From an uncultured Acidobacteriaceae bacterium (GTDB lineage Bacteria; Acidobacteriota; Terriglobia; Terriglobales; Acidobacteriaceae), in contig CAVWJY010000002.1 in assembly GCA_963755245.1 (NCBI GenBank), positions 45,124 through 109,123 of the forward strand: a stretch of 64,000 nt of DNA, written 5' to 3'. This document shows positions 1 to 9,792 of the stretch, piece after piece (within the stretch, counting starts at the first letter, position 1; the number at the start of each line of letters is the position of its first letter). The notes under the pieces are model-generated. The model ran no database searches. It saw nothing but the letters and a program-made list of their open reading frames with translations, and was not told where the DNA came from. A program made the position numbers and the translations under genes.

Positions 1-738
1 CCCGGCGTCAGCAAGGTCACCGTCTACGCCGACGAGAAGGCTCCCAACGCCAAGGTCCAGGCCGTCACCTTCTTCGTCCTGCCCGACGGCAAGCACGCCA
101 TCGCCGGCGAGATGACCGACTTCGGCGCCACCCCCTTCGCCGACCGTCGCCAGATGCTCCAGGCCCGCGCCGACGGACCCTCCATCGGCGCCGCCTCCCG
201 CGACTTCGAGATCGTCGAGTTCGCCGACCTCCAGTGCCCCCACTGCAAGGAGGCTCAGGGCGTCATGAAGCAGCTCGAGCACGACTTCCCCACGGCCCAC
301 ATCGTCTACCAGAACCTTCCTCTGGTCGACATCCACCCGGCCGCCTTTGAGGCCGCCGCCGACGGCGTCTGCGTCGCCAAGCACAGCTCTGCGGCCTTCT
401 TCACCTACGCCCAGGCCGTCTTCGACACCCAGGAGCAGCTCACCCCCGACGCCACCAAGCGCACCCTGGCCGCGGCCATCGCCAAGGCCGGCCTCGCACC
501 GGCCGACATCGACGCCTGCGCCGCCACTCCGGCCACCAAGGCGAACGTCCAGGCCTCCATCAAGCTCGCCGCCGACGCCGGCATCGAGTCCACGCCCACG
601 CTGGTGGTCAACGGCCGTCCGCTGCCGCTCGGCGGCATCCCCTACGACACCCTCAAGAACATCATCCTGTTCCAGGCCCAGCTCGACGGCATCCACGTCG
701 ATACCCCGCAGCCGGTCCTCAGCACCCTCGGCAAGTAA
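1..738 (+). CDS. DsbA-family thioredoxin-fold protein (5' end outside window)
   Basis: Frame open from base 1. EFADLQCPHC active site and STPT cis-Pro loop (GIESTPTLVVNG). Confidence 0.85.
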   Translation, partial: PGVSKVTVYADEKAPNAKVQAVTFFVLPDGKHAIAGEMTDFGATPFADRRQMLQARADGPSIGAASRDFEIVEFADLQCPHCKEAQGVMKQLEHDFPTAHIVYQNLPLVDIHPAAFEAAADGVCVAKHSSAAFFTYAQAVFDTQEQLTPDATKRTLAAAIAKAGLAPADIDACAATPATKANVQASIKLAADAGIESTPTLVVNGRPLPLGGIPYDTLKNIILFQAQLDGIHVDTPQPVLSTLGK

Positions 739-761
739 CCCGGCAATCGACCAGCGCAGCA

Positions 762-797
762 AGCAAACGGGGTGCCCTCCAGGGCACCCCGTTTGCT
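762..797. terminator. Hairpin downstream of DsbA gene, probable terminator
   Basis: Perfect 17-bp inverted repeat AGCAAACGGGGTGCCCT-cc-AGGGCACCCCGTTTGCT, 24 nt after the stop codon. Confidence 0.6.
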
Positions 798-875
798 GTC
801 CCAGCCCTCTCCTCACGCATCCGCAGCCCTCTCCTCGCGCAGCCCTCTCCATCGCGCCTTCGTCACCCTCGCAAA

Positions 876-1071
876 CGTCATCTCGACCGAAGCAGCGAAC
901 AGTTTCCGTTCGCTGCCGTAAGATCGTTGTGTTCTTGCCGTTGTTCGTTTTTGCTGTCATCGCTGCTCAGCGAAGGACCGATGTCCGCTTCCCGCCCATA
1001 CCGCTCGCACCTGTTACCGCTCATATCCGTGCTGTTGCCGTCGCCCGCTGATCCCTGAACCCTGCCTTTCG
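876..1071 (-). repeat. Composite CGTC-type palindromic repeat (A unit, partial B unit, heptamers), inverted relative to all later copies
   Basis: CGTCATCTCGACCGAAGCAGCGAAC at 876 and GTCATCGCTGCTCAGCGAAGGACC at ~956 mirror 7694-7961. Confidence 0.75.
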
Positions 1072-1334
1072 CTGTCAAGCCCCAAACCTACTCAACTCTA
1101 ACAAAACAAACCAAATAAAGTTGCCGAAAGGGCCCACCCAACATGCTATAATGAAATAGAAAGAAAAGAACCCCGGCCAAGCCGGGGTTTCCTCGTTAGC
1201 CCACTAAGTCATTTAGAATGAAGATTTAAGCCGCAACCTCTTTAGAATGAATATTTTGCGAGAAATGCGAGAGCATCCCGCATCCTAAAGAAACAAAACC
1301 ACTTGCGTCCAAGATAGGGGGAGGGGGAGCCCCC
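1072..1334 (-). repeat. ~265-nt conserved intergenic element, copy 1 (candidate ncRNA/MITE)
   Basis: Reverse complement aligns end to end with 7429-7693 and 61809-62073 (CCCCTCCCC...CTTGGACGCAAG...hairpin...GGGGCTTGACAG). Confidence 0.85.
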
Positions 1335-1387
1335 ACTATAAGCCCCGCAAATGAAATTGAATTCCCCTGGCGACTGCCGCTTATACC

Positions 1388-2695
1388 TCAGTGCTTCGCG
1401 AGATAAATAAACCGCAGCAGGAACAGAACCGCCAGCAAATACAGCATCCAGTTCTGCCGTCGTCCGCGACCAGTCAGCAGCTCCAAAGCCGCAAAGCTCG
1501 TCAGCCCGAAGCTCAAACCATCCGCAATCGACCAGGTCAGCGGAATCGTCACCAGCGTCAGAAACGAAGGAATCGCGATCTGCGGCTCATTCCACTCAAT
1601 CGTTCCGACTCCAGTCAGCATCAGTCCACCGACGAGAATCAGCGCAGGCGAGGTCGCATAAGCCGGAATCGCTCCGACCAAAGGCGCAACGAACAGCGCC
1701 AGCAGAAACAGCAATCCCGTCACAATCGCAGTCACGCCGGTTCGTCCGCCAGCCGCAACTCCAGCCGAAGACTCGACATAGCTTGTAACCGTGCTTGTTC
1801 CCGCAAGCGAACCGACGATCGTCGCGCTCGCATCGGCGAAGAAGATCCGGTTCAGCCGCGGAATCTCATGGTTCTCGTTCACCAAACCAGCGCGTTGCGC
1901 GACAGCAACCAGCGTTCCGATGTTGTCGAACAGGTCCACGAACAGGAACACGAAGATGATCTCGAACGCGCCAACCTTCAGCGCGCCCTTCAGGTCGAGA
2001 TGGAACGCAGTCGCCCGAATCGCCATCGGATCGAACGCCATTGGATGCCAATGCAGCTGTCCGACCGCAAGTCCGAGCAGCATCGTCCCAAGCACGCCAA
2101 GCAGCATCGCCGCTCGCACGCGCAGCACCTGCAAGGTCGCGATCAGCGCGAGACCGAACAGCGCAAGCGCAGTCTGCGGATTGTGCAGATTGCCCAAAGT
2201 CACCGTCGTCGCAGCGCTGGGAACGATAATCCCCGAGTTGCGGAACCCGACGAACGCGATGAACAGCCCGATTCCGCCCGCAACCGCTGCATGCAACTGG
2301 TGCGGAATCGCCGCCACCAAACGCTGCCGAATCCCGGTAAATGTCAGCGCCAGGAAGATCACGCCCGAGAAGAACACCGCTCCAAGCGCGGTCTGCCAGG
2401 AAACTCCCAAGCCTTTGACCACCGAATAGGTGAAGTACGCGTTCAGTCCCATTCCAGGCGCAAGCGCGAGCGGATAGTTCGCCAAAGCGCCCATCAGAAT
2501 GCTGCCAAACGCCGCGCAAAGGCAGGTCGAAGCCGTCACCGCAGCCAAAGGCATCCCAGTTTCACTGAGGATCGCAGGGTTGACGAAGATGATATAAGCC
2601 ATTGTGACGAAGGTCGTCAGTCCAGCCAGCGCTTCGACTCGCCAGTTGGTGCCGAGTTCGGCGAAGCGGAAGTATCGTTCCAGACTAGAGCGCAT
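1388..2695 (-). CDS. NCS2/AzgA-family purine (guanine/hypoxanthine) permease
   Basis: 435 aa, highly hydrophobic. Motifs AGLTTFVTMAYII, APGMGLNAYF, FDNIGT, YVESSAGVAAGGRTG. Confidence 0.92.
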   Translation of the reverse strand: MRSSLERYFRFAELGTNWRVEALAGLTTFVTMAYIIFVNPAILSETGMPLAAVTASTCLCAAFGSILMGALANYPLALAPGMGLNAYFTYSVVKGLGVSWQTALGAVFFSGVIFLALTFTGIRQRLVAAIPHQLHAAVAGGIGLFIAFVGFRNSGIIVPSAATTVTLGNLHNPQTALALFGLALIATLQVLRVRAAMLLGVLGTMLLGLAVGQLHWHPMAFDPMAIRATAFHLDLKGALKVGAFEIIFVFLFVDLFDNIGTLVAVAQRAGLVNENHEIPRLNRIFFADASATIVGSLAGTSTVTSYVESSAGVAAGGRTGVTAIVTGLLFLLALFVAPLVGAIPAYATSPALILVGGLMLTGVGTIEWNEPQIAIPSFLTLVTIPLTWSIADGLSFGLTSFAALELLTGRGRRQNWMLYLLAVLFLLRFIYLAKH

Positions 2696-2765
2696 GTAAG
2701 ACAGGGATTCCCAACAACCGTAAGATAAAAGCTGGTTTTGTCCAGAATAGCGTGAGAGCAGCCCA

Positions 2766-3272
2766 TTGACCGCAGACCAGGTAAAGAAACTCCTATCTCT
2801 CGAACCTCATCCGCGCGAAGGCGGTTGGTTTCGCCGCACCTACGAAGCCACCGAGAAGATTCCCGCCGCAGCGCTCGCCGCCTCGCGCTATCCCTCCGCG
2901 CGTCGCACCGGAACCGCGATCTTCTACCTGCTCGAGACCGATAGCTTCAGCGAGATGCATCGTCTGCGCTCGGACGAGATCTTCCACTTCTACGCTGGAG
3001 ATCCGGTCGAGCTGCTGCAGCTCCATCCCAACGGAGCCGGAACCGTCTCCATCCTCGGCAACGACCTCTTCGCCGGCCAACGACCGCAACTGGTCGTCAA
3101 CCAGGACACTTGGCAAGGCTCGCGGCTGGTTCGCGGCGGCGCTTGGGCGCTGCTCGGCTGCACCGTCAGTCCAGGCTTCGAGTACGAGGACTACGAGTCA
3201 GGCGATCGCAAGGCGCTGACCGCCAAATGGCCCGACTTCGCCACGCTCATCGCCGCGCTCACGCACTCCTGA
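2766..3272 (+). CDS. Cupin (DUF985/Cupin_5) protein
   Basis: LEPHPREGGWFR, HRLRSDEIFHFY, GCTVSPGFEYEDY motifs. Confidence 0.88.
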   Translation: MTADQVKKLLSLEPHPREGGWFRRTYEATEKIPAAALAASRYPSARRTGTAIFYLLETDSFSEMHRLRSDEIFHFYAGDPVELLQLHPNGAGTVSILGNDLFAGQRPQLVVNQDTWQGSRLVRGGAWALLGCTVSPGFEYEDYESGDRKALTAKWPDFATLIAALTHS

Positions 3273-3299
3273 GCGCCGTCTGAGCGCCCTGACGAGCGC

Positions 3300-3803
3300 T
3301 CAGAGCGACCGCAGATACTTCAGGATCTCTGGATTGGTCCAGTCCTGCGCGGAGACGAACTTCCGCCGCAGGACGCCTTGGCGGTCGATCACATAGGTCT
3401 CTGGGATCTGCACGGTTCCGTAGAGCCGATTGACGCGCTGGCTCGGGTCGCGCACCGTCATCAGGTCGATCTGATGACGCGCCAGGAACTTGCGGTAGAC
3501 CGCATCGTCCTCGTCCTCGCTGATCGCCACGATGGCGATGTCCGGCAGCTCGCGGTGCATCGCGAGCAGGCTCGGCAGCTCCTCGATGCACGGAGGACAC
3601 CAAGTCGCCCAAAGGTTCAGGATGACGACGTGACCGCGCAGCTTGCTCAGCTCGACGGTGTTTACGCCGTCGGTGACGGTGAACGCAGGCGCGGGTTTGC
3701 CGATGTTTCCGGGAATGTCGCCGCGATTGCATCCCACTGTGGACAACAACCCAACTACGGGGAACCACAACCCAACCACTGCCAAGATCGCCAATCGCCG
3801 CAC
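3300..3803 (-). CDS. TlpA-family thiol-disulfide reductase (lipoprotein)
   Basis: LNLWATWCPPCIEELP and IPETYVID motifs. Signal peptide ending TVGC. Confidence 0.88.
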   Translation of the reverse strand: MRRLAILAVVGLWFPVVGLLSTVGCNRGDIPGNIGKPAPAFTVTDGVNTVELSKLRGHVVILNLWATWCPPCIEELPSLLAMHRELPDIAIVAISEDEDDAVYRKFLARHQIDLMTVRDPSQRVNRLYGTVQIPETYVIDRQGVLRRKFVSAQDWTNPEILKYLRSL

Positions 3804-3835
3804 AGAAACACTCCTGCTTCATATAATACGAATCT

Positions 3836-4906
3836 GTGACCGAAATCGCTTCCACTCTTGATCTAAGCGTCATTGTTCCTGCGCGGAACGAGGAACGCGT
3901 TCTTGCTGGCTGCCTGAACTCTCTGCTCGCCCAGTCGGAGCGCGGGTTCGCGCTCGGCGAGCAATGGGAGCTGCTGATCGTCGACGACGAGTCGACCGAT
4001 CGCACCGCGGAGATCGCCGCTGAAGCTGCCCGAAGCCACGCAGGAGTGACCGTTCTCGCGCCGCCGAAGCTCGAGCACGGCGGCTTCACGGGGAAGAACA
4101 ACGCCTGCTGGACCGCGGCGCAACAGGCGAAAGGCCGCTGGTTGCTGTTCACCGACGCCGATACGATCCACGAAGCTGGAGATCTGTCGCGCGCGATCCA
4201 TGAGGCCGAAAAGCATCACGCGGCGCTGCTGTCCTACTCGCCTCGGCAGATCGTGACCGGATTCTGGCAGCAGGCTGTGATGCCGCTGGTCTTCTCGGAG
4301 CTGGCGAGCGTTTATCCGCCGAAGCAGGTCAGCGATCCTGCGAGTCGGCTCGCGGCGGCGAACGGGCAGTTCCTGCTGGTCGAGCGTGAGGCGTATTTCG
4401 CCGTTGGAGGGCATCGCGCGGTTGGCAGCGAGGTGCTTGAGGATGTCGCGCTGGCCAAGAACGTCAAGCGAAGCTCCGATGGCAGCGGCAAGGCTCGCTC
4501 GATCCGGTTCCGCTACGCGCCGGACGCGTTGTCGGCGCGCATGTACGCGACGTTGCCGGAGATGCTCGAAGGCTGGACCAAGAATCTCGCGGTGCTGTTT
4601 CCGCGTCCGTTGTATCTGGCGGCTTGGCGCGTGCTCGATCTGGTGCTGTTCTTCGGCATTCCGGCGTTTGCGCTGGGTTTGCCGTATCTGGTCTCCTGGC
4701 AACGCTGGGCGCTGCTGCTGATCTGGGCAAGGACGCTTTGGCGGTTCTACAGCCGCGTGGCGAAGTCGAACTTCCCGGCGATCGACTGCGCGTTGTCGAT
4801 CCTGGGAGTTCCGCTGTTCGTCTTCCTTCTGGTGCGGAGCTTCGTTCACCATCGCGTTCACAAGGCGGTGAGCTGGAAGGGAAGAAGTTATCCGACGCTC
4901 CGCTAG
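3836..4906 (+). CDS. Family 2 glycosyltransferase (HpnB/CrtQ-like, C-terminal TM helices)
   Basis: VIVPARNEE, GKNNAC, FTDADT, ANGQF, EDVALA motifs. Confidence 0.88.
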   Translation: MTEIASTLDLSVIVPARNEERVLAGCLNSLLAQSERGFALGEQWELLIVDDESTDRTAEIAAEAARSHAGVTVLAPPKLEHGGFTGKNNACWTAAQQAKGRWLLFTDADTIHEAGDLSRAIHEAEKHHAALLSYSPRQIVTGFWQQAVMPLVFSELASVYPPKQVSDPASRLAAANGQFLLVEREAYFAVGGHRAVGSEVLEDVALAKNVKRSSDGSGKARSIRFRYAPDALSARMYATLPEMLEGWTKNLAVLFPRPLYLAAWRVLDLVLFFGIPAFALGLPYLVSWQRWALLLIWARTLWRFYSRVAKSNFPAIDCALSILGVPLFVFLLVRSFVHHRVHKAVSWKGRSYPTLR

Positions 4907-5014
4907 AGCAGGAACGGCGCTTCGCCGAGCGGAGTTGCTGGTTGTGCTCCACCTGAATCGACTGGGCCGTTTTGGCCGTCTAAACGTAGGCATTGACTGA
5001 CTGATTGAGACCCT

Positions 5015-5422
5015 ATGATCTTCCTAACCCGCAAAGTTGAGTTCTCCTCCGCGCATTACTACTGGATCGATTCCTGGTCGAAGGACGAGAACGAGCGCGT
5101 CTTCGGCAAGTGCGCGAACCGCAATGGACATGGCCACAACTACACGCTCGAGGTGACGGTCGCGGGCGAGGTCGATCCCGTGAGCGGCTTCGTCGTCGAT
5201 CTCAAGGACGTCAAGGAGATCCTGGAGCGCGAGGTGGTCAACGTCTACGATCATCGCCATCTGAACCTCGAGGTTCCCGAGTTCAAGACCGCGCTGCCGA
5301 CGACCGAGAACATCGCGGTCGCGATCTGGAAGCGGCTCGACGGCAAGATTCCCAATGCGCGGCTGCATCGGATTCGCGTCTACGAGATGGATGACCTGTT
5401 CGCGGACTACTATGGTGAATGA
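5015..5422 (+). CDS. 6-pyruvoyl-tetrahydropterin synthase family (PTPS/QueD-like), copy 1, CX5HGH type
   Basis: [30 protein letters not shown] motifs. Confidence 0.88.
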   Translation: MIFLTRKVEFSSAHYYWIDSWSKDENERVFGKCANRNGHGHNYTLEVTVAGEVDPVSGFVVDLKDVKEILEREVVNVYDHRHLNLEVPEFKTALPTTENIAVAIWKRLDGKIPNARLHRIRVYEMDDLFADYYGE

Positions 5423-5851
5423 TGAAGGTTTATCTGTCACGGCGCTATCACTTCAGCGCGTCGCATCGGCTTCATAGCGAGGCTTACGACGCGGAACGGA
5501 ACCGCGAGGTCTACGGTAAGTGCAACAATCCGCATGGACATGGCCACAACTACACGGTTGCGGTGACGTTCAGCGGAGAGGTCGATCCGGTGACGGGAAT
5601 GATCTGCAATCTGGCGGATCTGGATGCGTTCGCACGCATCAAATCTGCTGGATCGGTTTGATCATACGAATCTGAATACTCTCGACTGCTTTGAGGACAG
5701 CGTCTCGACCACCGAGAATCTATCTATCGAAGTGCATCGTATCTTCCAACAATTTTCCCTGGCGCATCTCGAGCAGGTTCATGTCGAGGAGACCAGTAAT
5801 AACTCCTTTGACTTCGCTGGTGAAGTCTTACCGGTTTCCGGCAGGTTCTAG
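5419..5851 (+). CDS. PTPS/QueD-like protein, copy 2 (frameshift near 5640)
   Basis: FSASHRL and [12 protein letters not shown] in 5419-5661. DHTNLN...STTENL...EETSNNSF in 5624-5851. ATGA overlap with copy 1. Confidence 0.82.
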
Positions 5852-5863
5852 AAAGGCTCTCTC

Positions 5864-6473
5864 ATGGCAGGTACACAGGCAACACTTGATCGCAGCAGCA
5901 CTCGAGTCGGTTTCGACCGAGGAGCTTTACCGCGAGCTTCTGGTCCGGATCGGTGAGGACCCGAATCGCGATGGTCTTTTGCGCACTCCGGAACGCATGG
6001 AGAAGTCGATGCAGTTCCTGACGCGCGGCTACGCGATGGACGCAACCGAGGTGCTGCAGAAGGCGCTGTTCGACGTCGATTACGACGAGATGGTGATCGT
6101 GAAGGACATCGAGTTCTTCTCGATGTGCGAGCATCATCTGCTGCCGTTCTTTGGCAAGGCGCATATTGCGTATGTTCCGAACGGCAAGGTGATCGGGCTG
6201 AGCAAGATTCCGCGGCTGGTCGATGTGTTCTCGCGGCGGTTACAGGTTCAGGAGCGGTTGACGCGGCAGATCGCGGATGCGATCGAGGCGGCGATTCAGC
6301 CGCAAGGCGTTGCGATTATTCTCGAAGCGCAGCATCTTTGCATGATGATGCGTGGTGTCGAGAAACAGCACTCCTCGACGGTGACTTCGGCGATGCTTGG
6401 CGTTTTCAAGACGCAGATGCAGACGCGGAATGAGTTTCTTTCGCTGGTACGGCGGCCGGGGTCGAATCTGTAG
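5864..6473 (+). CDS. folE: GTP cyclohydrolase I (type IA)
   Basis: [34 protein letters not shown] motifs. Start approximate: ATG 5864 after GAAAGG needs an indel. Confidence 0.93.
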
Positions 6474-6537
6474 GTCGGTTGCTCGCTTGCACAGGGTGCC
6501 GGCACCGCGTGGGGCGGAAAGCCGGTTACTCTGGTAG

Positions 6538-7419
6538 GTGATGAATGGTCTTCTAGTCCTCGATAAATCTGCCGGCATGACCTCGCACGACGTGGTCGCG
6601 ATTGTCCGGCGCGCAACGGGTGAGCGCTCCATCGGCCACCTTGGAACCCTTGATCCGATGGCAACGGGCGTGCTTCCCATGCTGCTGGGGAAGTACACGC
6701 GGCTGGCCCAGTTCTACGGCCGCGCCGATAAGTCGTATACCGGCACGATCCGGTTTGGCTACTCGACCGACTCGTTCGACGCCGATGGAACGCAGGACTC
6801 GGAGACGAAGCCGCTGACGCAGTCGCTCGAGCAGCTGCGGGAGCTGGTGACGCGGTTTCATGGCACGCTGGATCAGGTTCCGCCGGTGTTTTCGGCGAAG
6901 AAGATCAATGGCGTGCCCGCGCACAAGCTGGCACGTACCGGGCAGCCGGTGCCGGTGAAGCCGGCGCAGATCACCGTCCATCGCTTCGTGCTGACCGAGC
7001 TGACCGAGGAGACGGCGAGCTTCGAGGTGAGCATCTCGGCGGGCGGCTACATCCGCTCGCTGGCGCACGAACTGGGCCTGGCCGCCGGGTGCGGAGCGCA
7101 TCTGGCGAGCCTGCGGCGGACGCAGGCGGGCGACTTTACGCTGGCCGACGCGATTACGGTCGAGCAGCTGAAGGAGCTGGCCGGCGATACGGCGGCGATC
7201 GAGGCGCTGCTGCCGCATCCGCGGACGCTGCTGCCGGAGATGCCGTCGGTGACCGCCGACGAACAGCTTGCCGGGCGGCTGCGCAACGGGATGCAGGTGA
7301 ATCTGCCGGAGTTTTCGGCGGCTCCCCTGGTGAAGGTGTTCACCAGCCCGACGGAGATGCTGGCGATTGGGAAACGGATCGCGGGAACGTTGATGCAGCC
7401 CATCGTGGTGATGGGGTAG
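6538..7419 (+). CDS. truB: tRNA pseudouridine(55) synthase
   Basis: LDKSAGMTSHDVV, GHLGTLDPMATGVLP, VPPVFSAKK, GYIRSLA motifs. Confidence 0.95.
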   Translation: MMNGLLVLDKSAGMTSHDVVAIVRRATGERSIGHLGTLDPMATGVLPMLLGKYTRLAQFYGRADKSYTGTIRFGYSTDSFDADGTQDSETKPLTQSLEQLRELVTRFHGTLDQVPPVFSAKKINGVPAHKLARTGQPVPVKPAQITVHRFVLTELTEETASFEVSISAGGYIRSLAHELGLAAGCGAHLASLRRTQAGDFTLADAITVEQLKELAGDTAAIEALLPHPRTLLPEMPSVTADEQLAGRLRNGMQVNLPEFSAAPLVKVFTSPTEMLAIGKRIAGTLMQPIVVMG

Positions 7420-7428
7420 GTTTCTCTT

Positions 7429-7693
7429 GGGGAGGGTCCCCCTCCCCCTATCTTGGACGCAAGTCGTTTGGTTTCTTTAGGATGCGAGATGGCTGTGCTC
7501 TGCAAAATAGTCATCCTAAAGGGGTTACGGCTAAAATCGTCATTCTGAATGAGTTAGTGCGTTAACGGAAGAAGCCCCGACGGATGGTCGGGGCTTCTTT
7601 CTTTCTGTTTCAAGTGTAGCAGGTTGGGTGGAACCTATCGGCAACTTTATGTGGTTTGTTTTGTTGGGGTTGGGTGGTATTGGGGCTTGACAG
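7429..7693 (+). repeat. ~265-nt conserved intergenic element, copy 2
   Basis: Starts about 10 nt after the truB stop. Contains hairpin GAAGCCCCGAC-N5-GTCGGGGCTTC plus T-rich tract and ends GGGGCTTGACAG. Confidence 0.85.
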
Positions 7694-7961
7694 GGCTTAG
7701 GGATCAGGCGAGCGACGCGATGGACTTGGGCTGAAAGGTGCGAGCGGTGTGGGTTGGTGAGCGGTATCGGGATCCTTCGCTGCGCTCAGGATGACGGCAA
7801 GAACTGACAACGGCAAGGACAGAAGCAGATCCCCTTCGGGGATGACAACCAAAACAAACAACGGCAACAACAAGAGCAACGGCGAAGGCAGCGGATCAAT
7901 ACAGCGTCTCTCCACTGCGCAGCGGACGGTGAGGCTGTCCGCCGCTTCGGTCGAGATGACG
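7694..7961 (+). repeat. Composite CGTC-type palindromic repeat (B, C, A units with CAACGG linkers)
   Basis: GGGATCCTTCGCTGCGCTCAGGATGAC, AAGCAGATCCCCTTCGGGGATGAC and TCTCTCCACTGCGCAGCGGAC...CTTCGGTCGAGATGACG. Confidence 0.8.
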
Positions 7962-7993
7962 ATTGTTTATTTGGTCGAGAGGGTTGCTGCTCT

Positions 7994-8723
7994 TTACTGA
8001 GCTGGCTTGGTTGGTGTTGGTTCGTGCTTGAGGAGCGGGGTGATGAGGCCGAGGACGTTCTGGGCGACGATCTGGTTGCCGGCGTTGGTGGCGTGGGTCT
8101 GGTCGGCCTGCATCATGCCGGGGACGCCGAAGACGCCCTGCAGCAGGAAGGGCAGCATGGGGACGTGGTACTTCTTGGCCAGCAGGGCGTAGGTGGCGTT
8201 GAACTGGTGGATGTAGTCGGGGCCGTAGTTCGGAGGCAGGGTGATGCCGGCGAGGACGACCTTGGCGCCGGAGTCGGTGAGGGTCTTGAGGATGAGGTCG
8301 AGGTTGGCGCGGGACTGCGTGATGGGCAGGCCGCGGAGGCCGTCGTTGCCGCCGAACTCGACGACGACGAGGGCGGGCTTGAGGCGGAGGACGCGGTCGA
8401 GGCGATCGACGCCGTCCTTGGTGGTGTTGCCGCTGATGCCCTCGTTGACGACGTGGTAGGAGAAGCCGCGGGCGTCGAGGTCGGATTGGAGGAAGTCGGG
8501 GTAGGACTGGCCGGGATCGGCACCGTAGCCGGCGGTGAGGCTGTCGCCGAAGCAGGCGATGATGGGGCGGGTGTCCTTCGCGGAGGGCGGGGATGGGGGC
8601 CGGGGCGGCGTTCGACGGCTGGGAGTCGACCTGCTCGGCGGGCTGGGGTGCGGGATCGGTCTTGCAGCCGGTGGCGAGGAGGGTTGCAGCCGCTAGAATA
8701 CAGAGAAGCCACGGTTGGCGCAT
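7994..8723 (-). CDS. tesA: SGNH/GDSL arylesterase (TesA-like) lipoprotein, frameshift near 8575
   Basis: Reconstructed IACFGDSLTAGYG, NEGISGNTT, EFGGNDGLRG and MQADQTHA. Lipobox LATGC. Divergent from a ybbAP-like ABC as in E. coli. Confidence 0.8.
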
Positions 8724-8810
8724 TGGTCCACTTTACCAAAGAGCGGGATAGAGCTATCGCGGGGCGTTGGGGTGAGTCTTATGGAAGGGCGGTCGTTTGC
8801 TGGCGCAAAC

Positions 8811-8975
8811 GATGGCTCACCTTAGCGACGATGAGCGTCGCGAGTGCACCGTGGAGAGTGCGGGTTGGTTCGAGCGGTATTGGTGGGTGACGGTATCGGG
8901 ATCCTTCGCTGCGCTCAGGATGACAGCAAGAACAAACAACGGCAAGGACGAGCAGATCGCGGTGCGGATGACAGC
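8811..8975 (+). repeat. Composite palindromic repeat (D-like, B, C-like units)
   Basis: CACCTTAGCGACGATGAGCGTCGCG and GGGATCCTTCGCTGCGCTCAGGATGAC. Confidence 0.7.
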
Positions 8976-9032
8976 TCGATGATGGCAAGCATGACAAGAC
9001 ACAGCAGTAAGCTGCCGAGGAGAGGGATTCGA

Positions 9033-9790
<758 letters not shown>

Positions 9791-9792
9791 CG

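Noticed and set aside
3815-3845. dif-like look of GCTTCATATAA-TACGAA-TCTGTGACCGA near the skew switch
   Set aside because: The XerD arm does not match TTATGTTAAAT, and the skew polarity is origin-like rather than terminus-like. TATAAT is better explained as the GT2 -10 box.
7694-7961. Repeat clusters as CRISPR array or small ORFs (RPKQRT..AQWRDP peptides)
   Set aside because: No regular repeat-spacer periodicity and no cas genes. The recurring peptides are translations of the palindromic repeat.
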